Assembly: GCA_041496385.1 (NCBI GenBank)
Contig: JBGQEL010000064.1
Span: forward strand, 1-23,189
Length of the DNA stretch: 23,189 nucleotides
From: Candidatus Methylomirabilia bacterium
GTDB lineage: Bacteria > Methylomirabilota > Methylomirabilia > Rokubacteriales > CSP1-6
Direction: 5' to 3'
Made by a program: the position numbers and the translations under genes. The notes under the pieces were generated by a model. That model ran no database searches, was not told where the DNA came from, and was given only the letters and a program-made list of their open reading frames with translations. Shown here piece after piece: positions 19,145-23,189 of the stretch. Numbering within the stretch: position 1 is the stretch's first letter; every line of letters starts with the position of its first letter.

Positions 19145-19887
19145 GGTTGCTTCAGGGTTCGGGCGCCGCTCGCCAGGACTGCGCGGGCATCGATCGGTGC
19201 CGCGACCGGCTCGTCCTCGACGAGCTCGCCGTCTCGGAAGTGCAGAATGCGCCGTGCGTACCGCGCGATGTCCTCCTCGTGTGTGACGAGCACGATGGTG
19301 ATCCCACTCCGGTTCAAGGCCTGGAGGATCGCCATGATCTCGACGCTCGTCCGCGTGTCGAGATTGCCGGTGGGCTCGTCGGCCAGGAAGAGGACCGGAT
19401 CGCCGACGAGGGCCCGCGCGATCGCCACCCGCTGTTGCTGGCCGCCGGAGAGCTGGGCGGGGCGGTGGTTCGCGCGGTCGGCCAGCCCGAGGGCCGCCAG
19501 CTTCGTCAGGGCCAGCCGACGCTGCTCCTTGGGAGGGCGCTCGCCGTAGATCAGCGGCAGCTGCACGTTGGCCACCGCGCTCATCCGCGGCATCAGGTTG
19601 AATTGCTGGAAGACGAACCCGATCTTGGTGTTCCGGATCCGGGCCAGCGCATCGTCGTCCAGCTGCGAGACGTCGCGTCCTTCCAGGAGATAGCGGCCCG
19701 TCGTCAGAGTGTCGAGGCATCCCAGGATGCTCATGAGCGTCGACTTGCCCGAGCCCGACGGCCCCATGATCGCGACGAGCTCAGCGGCGTCGATCGTCAC
19801 AGACACGCCGCGGAGCGCGTGCACCACGTGTGCGCCCAGCCAGTAGTCCTTCGCCAGGTCCTGCGTCTCGATGACAGGCTCAGCCAT
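19141..19887 (-). CDS. ABC ATP-binding protein, MacB/LolD type
   Basis: [50 protein letters not shown]. Confidence 0.95.
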   Translation of the reverse strand: MAEPVIETQDLAKDYWLGAHVVHALRGVSVTIDAAELVAIMGPSGSGKSTLMSILGCLDTLTTGRYLLEGRDVSQLDDDALARIRNTKIGFVFQQFNLMPRMSAVANVQLPLIYGERPPKEQRRLALTKLAALGLADRANHRPAQLSGGQQQRVAIARALVGDPVLFLADEPTGNLDTRTSVEIMAILQALNRSGITIVLVTHEEDIARYARRILHFRDGELVEDEPVAAPIDARAVLASGARTLKQP

Positions 19888-19916
19888 TTCTCTCCATTCG
19901 CCGAGAGACTCACCAG

Positions 19917-19932
19917 GGCAACACGCGTGCCG
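19917..19932 (-). promoter_or_regulatory. sigma54-like -24/-12 promoter
   Basis: CGGCACGCGTGTTGCC, close to consensus YGGCACG-N4-TTGCW, 29 nt upstream of ATG 19887. Confidence 0.7.
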
Positions 19933-20055
19933 TGAAGGACAGACGAAAATTCAGGCAGATAGCGCCGGCGATGGTGAGGCGTCGTCGCCCCAGCGGAGCG
20001 TGAGCGCCCCAGTCCGCGCTCGACCGAACCCGCTGTCTTCGTTCGTTTCCGGGAG

Positions 20056-20071
20056 TGGCAGCGCCGTTGCG
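20056..20071 (+). promoter_or_regulatory. sigma54-like -24/-12 promoter
   Basis: TGGCAGCGCCGTTGCG, divergent from the site at 19917-19932, upstream of the USP remnant. Confidence 0.62.
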
Positions 20072-20120
20072 TATGTCGAGCACGGGTTGCTATGGAGAGC
20101 GAACCGGAGCCCCCTCGGTC

Positions 20121-20454
20121 ATGGCAAGGACATCCCTCGGACTTCTCCCCGGCGGCGCGCCCGGCCTTCAGTAAGGCGCTGGAGCTGGCGAAGGCGAACC
20201 GCGCGCGGCTGCTGGTCGCCCATGTCCTTACGGTCTTGCCCATGATTCCGGATGGCTACATCGCGGCGACCACGTACGACAAGCTGCGGCGGGAGCAGCG
20301 CACCGGTGCTCAGGAGCAACTCGACCGGCTCGTCCGGAAAGCGAAGGCGGCTGGCGTGCGGACGTCCGGCATCCTGCTCGACTTCGGAGTGGGCAGCGTC
20401 GCCGCGCGCGTGGTCGCGACCGCCGCGTGCCCCGTCTTGACGGTTCATGCCTGA
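20121..20454 (+). pseudogene. Universal stress protein with 5' frameshift and internal deletion
   Basis: ATG GCA AGG A|CAT CCC TCG GAC TTC is out of frame relative to MARPILHPSDF of the intact paralog. About 32 aa including GTHGRTG are missing between FGV and GSVA. Confidence 0.85.
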
Positions 20455-21206
20455 CGAACGCCGGGTGTCGAGACCGCGCATGCGAGGGGCGGGGGCCGAG
20501 TGGCGGGAGGGCGCGGGGCCGCCCGAGGTACGCCGCTTTCTCCAGGGACCGCAGCCGCGCGGCTTCGAGCTCGTCCGGGCCATCCGCATCGCCATCGAGT
20601 TCATGCGCGGCTTTCGCGCGCTGCACTTCGTCGGGCCCTGCGTGACCGTCTTCGGCTCGGCGCGCTTCCATCAGGACCACCCGTATTACCCCATGGCGCG
20701 CGCGATCGGCGCGGGGCTCGCCAGGGCAGGGTTCGCCGTGATGACGGGAGGTGGACCCGGTGTCATGGAAGCGGCGAACCGAGGCGCCAAGGAGGCCGGT
20801 GGAGCAGCGCCCGAACGCGTTCCTCGACCGGTGGATCACCTTCCGCCACTTCTTCGTCAGGAAGGTGATGCTCGTGAAGTACTCGTATGCCTTCATCGCG
20901 TTACCGGGCGGCTTCGGCACGCTCGACGAGATCTTCGAGATGGCGACCCTCGTCCAGACCGGGAAGATCCGCGACTTCCCTCTCGTCCTCGTCGGCGGAG
21001 AGTTCTGGCGGCCGCTCGTCGACTTCATCGAGAGGCGACTCGTGGCCGTGGGCACGGTGGACGGCGCCGACGCCGGCCGGATTCATCTCACCGATTCCGT
21101 GGACGCGGCCGTGAAGATCGTCACGGCGACGGCGCTCGAGCAGTTCGGCCTCACGTACGGGCCACGACTCCGGCCGCGCTGGTTCCTCGGTGAACTGTTC
21201 CGGTAA
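20447..21206 (+). pseudogene. LOG family (TIGR00730-like) nucleotide phosphoribohydrolase, deletion and frameshift near 20802
   Basis: First frame: VTVFGSAR..TGGGPGVMEAANRGAKEAGG. Second frame: EQRPN..FRHFFVRKVMLVK..LPGGFGTLDEIFE. The usual S(V/I)GxNIxLP segment is absent. Confidence 0.88.
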
Positions 21207-21229
21207 GGCGGGTTCGGAGAGGGGAGCGC

Positions 21230-21397
21230 ATGGCGACCATCGAGTTTCTGGGAGCGACAGGCACCGTGACGGGCTCCCGGCACCTCGTGAGCGCGAACGG
21301 GCACCGGCTCATGATCGATTGCGGGCTCTACCAGGGGCTGAAGGAGCTCCGGCTGCGCAACTGGGAGAGCCTGCCCGAGCTCAGCGCACGGTCTTGA
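21230..21397 (+). pseudogene. MBL-fold beta-CASP ribonuclease N-terminal remnant (55 aa)
   Basis: [20 protein letters not shown]...[23 protein letters not shown] then ELSARS*; no HxHxDH motif; GGGGAG RBS. Not in the ORF track. Confidence 0.85.
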
Positions 21398-21526
21398 GCC
21401 ATGCGCGATCGACGTTCAAGTTCACACCGGCGCCGAGATGACGGCACGCGGGCACTGCGCAGCCTCGTCATCGTGATATCGTTCGGCGACGGGCAGATGC
21501 TCGTCAGGAATCGCGCGGGGCCCGCG

Positions 21527-21542
21527 CGGCAGGCGCGTTGCT
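21527..21542 (+). promoter_or_regulatory. sigma54-like -24/-12 promoter
   Basis: CGGCAGGCGCGTTGCT, 58 nt upstream of ATG 21601. Confidence 0.55.
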
Positions 21543-21600
21543 TCGATCGCCTCGATCGTCGAGGCCCGGCACTGACCGGATGACAACAAGGAGAAGTCCG

Positions 21601-21798
21601 ATGGCGTCCAAGAGGTCGAAGAAGAAGCCCGGCGGAAAGATGATCATCCGCCACGGAAGCATGCTGCTGCAGTCGGAGCAGCCGCGCCGGATCGAGATTC
21701 ACACCGCGCCGTCGAAGAAGACGGAGCGGCAGCATGCGAAGCCGGGCGCCGGCATCAAGCGTGCGCGGGCGGCGATGCTGAAGAAGCCACGGTCGTAG
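21601..21798 (+). CDS. Small basic hypothetical protein (65 aa)
   Basis: AAGGAG RBS, coding-like codons (many AAG), followed by a GC hairpin at 21817-21837. Confidence 0.65.
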   Translation: MASKRSKKKPGGKMIIRHGSMLLQSEQPRRIEIHTAPSKKTERQHAKPGAGIKRARAAMLKKPRS

Positions 21799-21846
21799 CG
21801 GTCGTACCGCTTCGACGCCGGGCAGCCTCCTGCCGGCCCGAATCCC

Positions 21847-21882
21847 ATGAGACCCCTGCTCTGCCGCTGAGCTACATCGCCG
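21847..21882 (-). repeat. tRNA-Met 5'-half fragment (direct repeat copy 2)
   Basis: GGCGATGTAGCTCAGCGGCAGAGCAGGGGTCTCAT, then unrelated sequence; no T arm or 3' acceptor strand follows. Confidence 0.95.
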
Positions 21883-21947
21883 AGGGCAGGAAGAACGACG
21901 ACCGCCGAGGCGGTTTTATCCTGGATCACGGCACCCGCAATTGGGCT

Positions 21948-21973
21948 TTGACACAGAGGTAGTTTGCTATAAT
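21948..21973 (+). promoter_or_regulatory. sigma70-type promoter with extended -10
   Basis: TTGACA-N14-TATAAT, with TG-C-TATAAT; exact hexamers stand out in this GC-rich background. Confidence 0.7.
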
Positions 21974-22007
21974 CCCGGCCGAGCAACCCATTCGGAGGAG
22001 TCTTCAC

Positions 22008-22280
22008 ATGCAGTTCCGAACACGGCCGTGGAACGCCGACGGCGAGTCGCGTCGCAGTCTCCCCGACGGGGACGAGGAAGAGGAAGCGGACAAGGGCGAG
22101 AAGCCCGGCGACGATGACGACGATTTCGACGACGACGACTTCGACGACGATGACGACTTCGACGATGACGAGCTCGACGACGATGACGACGACGAGCTCG
22201 ACGTGCTGGACGACTCGGTCGAGGACGATGTCGCGCAGGGCGACGAGGACGACTCCGACGAGGACGATGACGACGGGTAG
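22008..22280 (+). CDS. Extremely acidic low-complexity protein (90 aa; 40 Asp, 11 Glu)
   Basis: GGAGGAG RBS, promoter upstream, GAC/GAT tracts kept in one frame, stop 24 nt before the next gene. Confidence 0.65.
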   Translation: MQFRTRPWNADGESRRSLPDGDEEEEADKGEKPGDDDDDFDDDDFDDDDDFDDDELDDDDDDELDVLDDSVEDDVAQGDEDDSDEDDDDG

Positions 22281-22304
22281 TACCCACTATTAGGAGGCGG
22301 TGAA

Positions 22305-23015
22305 ATGGCAGAAGGCTGGCTGTTCCTGCTCCGCTGGTTCCACTTTCTCGCCGGCATCACCTGGATCGGCTTGCTCTATTACTTCAACTTCGTCCAGACG
22401 CCGTTCTTCGCGGGCGCGGAGGCGCCCGTCCGCACGGGCATGATCGCGGGCGGCCTCGTCGGCCGCGCGCTCTGGTGGTTCCGCTGGGGCGCGATGCTCA
22501 CGTTCATCACGGGCTGGCTCATCATTCTCCACCGAGGGGGGCAGATGGGTCTGCAGCCGTTCTTTGCGTCCTCGTGGGGCTGGGCGATCTTCATCGGCGG
22601 CATCCTCGGCAGCCTGATGTGGTTCAACGTCTGGTTCGTCATCTGGCCCGCACAGCAGGTCGTGATCGCGTCGGCCACGCAGGTCTCCAAGGGCGGCCAG
22701 GCGATTCCCGAGGCGGCGGCGCGCGGCCAGCGCGCCGGCTTCGCCTCGCGCACGAACACGCTGCTCTCGATCCCGATGCTCTTCTTCATGGGCGCGGCGA
22801 GCCACTGGGCGTTCTTCGCGCCCACGGCGCGGTCCGCGAAAGTCACGATGCTGGTCGTCTTCGCGATCATCCTCGCGATCGTCGAGTGGAACGCGATGGT
22901 CGGCACGACGGGTCCGGGGAAGAAGATGCTCAGCACAGTGAAGGGCACGCTCTGGGGCGGCTTCATCCTGGCCGTCATCTTCTGGCTCGTGCTGAAGATC
23001 GTCTTCATGCCGTAG
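22305..23015 (+). CDS. Urate hydroxylase PuuD-like (Urate_ox_N) membrane protein, no cytochrome c domain
   Basis: LLRWFHFLAGITWIGLLYYFNFVQ, ALWWFRWGA..T.ITG, MWFNVWFVIWPAQ, SRTNTLLSIPMLFFM; AGGAGG RBS. Confidence 0.8.
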   Translation: MAEGWLFLLRWFHFLAGITWIGLLYYFNFVQTPFFAGAEAPVRTGMIAGGLVGRALWWFRWGAMLTFITGWLIILHRGGQMGLQPFFASSWGWAIFIGGILGSLMWFNVWFVIWPAQQVVIASATQVSKGGQAIPEAAARGQRAGFASRTNTLLSIPMLFFMGAASHWAFFAPTARSAKVTMLVVFAIILAIVEWNAMVGTTGPGKKMLSTVKGTLWGGFILAVIFWLVLKIVFMP

Positions 23016-23033
23016 CGATCCGCGCGAGACACC

Positions 23034-23063
23034 GAGGGCCCGGCGGAAATCCGCCGGGCCTTC
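23034..23063. terminator. Hairpin between convergent genes (probably bidirectional terminator)
   Basis: GAGGGCCCGGCGGA-AA-TCCGCCGGGCCTTC, about 13-14 bp stem. Confidence 0.75.
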
Positions 23064-23069
23064 GCGTCT

Positions 23070-23189
23070 TCAGCGCAGATAGTCGGCGAGGGCTCCGATG
23101 TCGCCGGCGAGCGCCGGCAGCGGGGGCATCACGTTCGTGGGCCGCTTCGGCGCGTGGCCGGGCGGATAGGCGCCGTTCAGCACCTTCGC
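23070..23189 (-). CDS. 3' end of a probable class I cytochrome c
   Basis: ...AKVLNGAYPPGHAPKRPTNVMPPLPALAGDIGALADYLR*; MP (distal Met ligand) plus the terminal DI.ALA.YL helix. Any CxxCH would lie outside the window. Confidence 0.55.
   Translation of the reverse strand, partial: AKVLNGAYPPGHAPKRPTNVMPPLPALAGDIGALADYLR

Larger units (their letters stand above)
13748..21882. mobile_element. Putative decayed genomic island bounded by tRNA-Met 5'-half repeats (8099 bp between copies)
   Basis: Flanking 36-bp direct repeat that breaks in the anticodon loop, accessory cargo, several pseudogenes. No integrase seen. Confidence 0.55.

Noticed and set aside
21780..21882. tRNA(CAT) interrupted by a group I intron after the anticodon
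   Set aside because: No recognisable group I core and no separate 3' exon; the sequence runs into a hairpin and the antisense of the 65-aa ORF.
22108..22275. GAC/GAT repeats as a CRISPR array or VNTR
   Set aside because: No repeat-spacer structure and no cas genes; explained by Asp codons. The poly-Ser and poly-Arg antisense ORFs are shadows.

Overview
GC-rich bacterial window; the gene families suggest a Rokubacteria/Methylomirabilota-like genome (inference only). Left part (1-13.6 kb): a crotonase, an orphan ABC substrate-binding protein, a zinc-ribbon/class III cyclase/AAA/TPR protein followed by a 58-aa protein and a GIY-YIG nuclease, then a minus-strand run upp-codA-ABC importer (NMT1/THI5-type)-FAD oxidoreductase-crotonase-class III CoA transferase. 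A tRNA-Met(CAT) lies at 13708-13782 (-). Its 5' half, ending exactly at the anticodon, is repeated 8.1 kb away at 21847-21882 (35/36 identical). The enclosed segment has no integrase. It holds a stress/dormancy-type gene set (CBS, HPF, BON, USP, Hsp20, SHOCT, MacB-type ABC, LOG, beta-CASP) with four sigma54-like promoters, and at least four of its genes (Hsp20, one USP, LOG, beta-CASP; probably also one CBS gene) are collapsed by internal deletion or truncation. Right part: a 90-aa poly-Asp ORF, a PuuD-like membrane protein, a terminator and the 3' end of a probable cytochrome c. All assignments come from motif recognition by eye; no searches were run.
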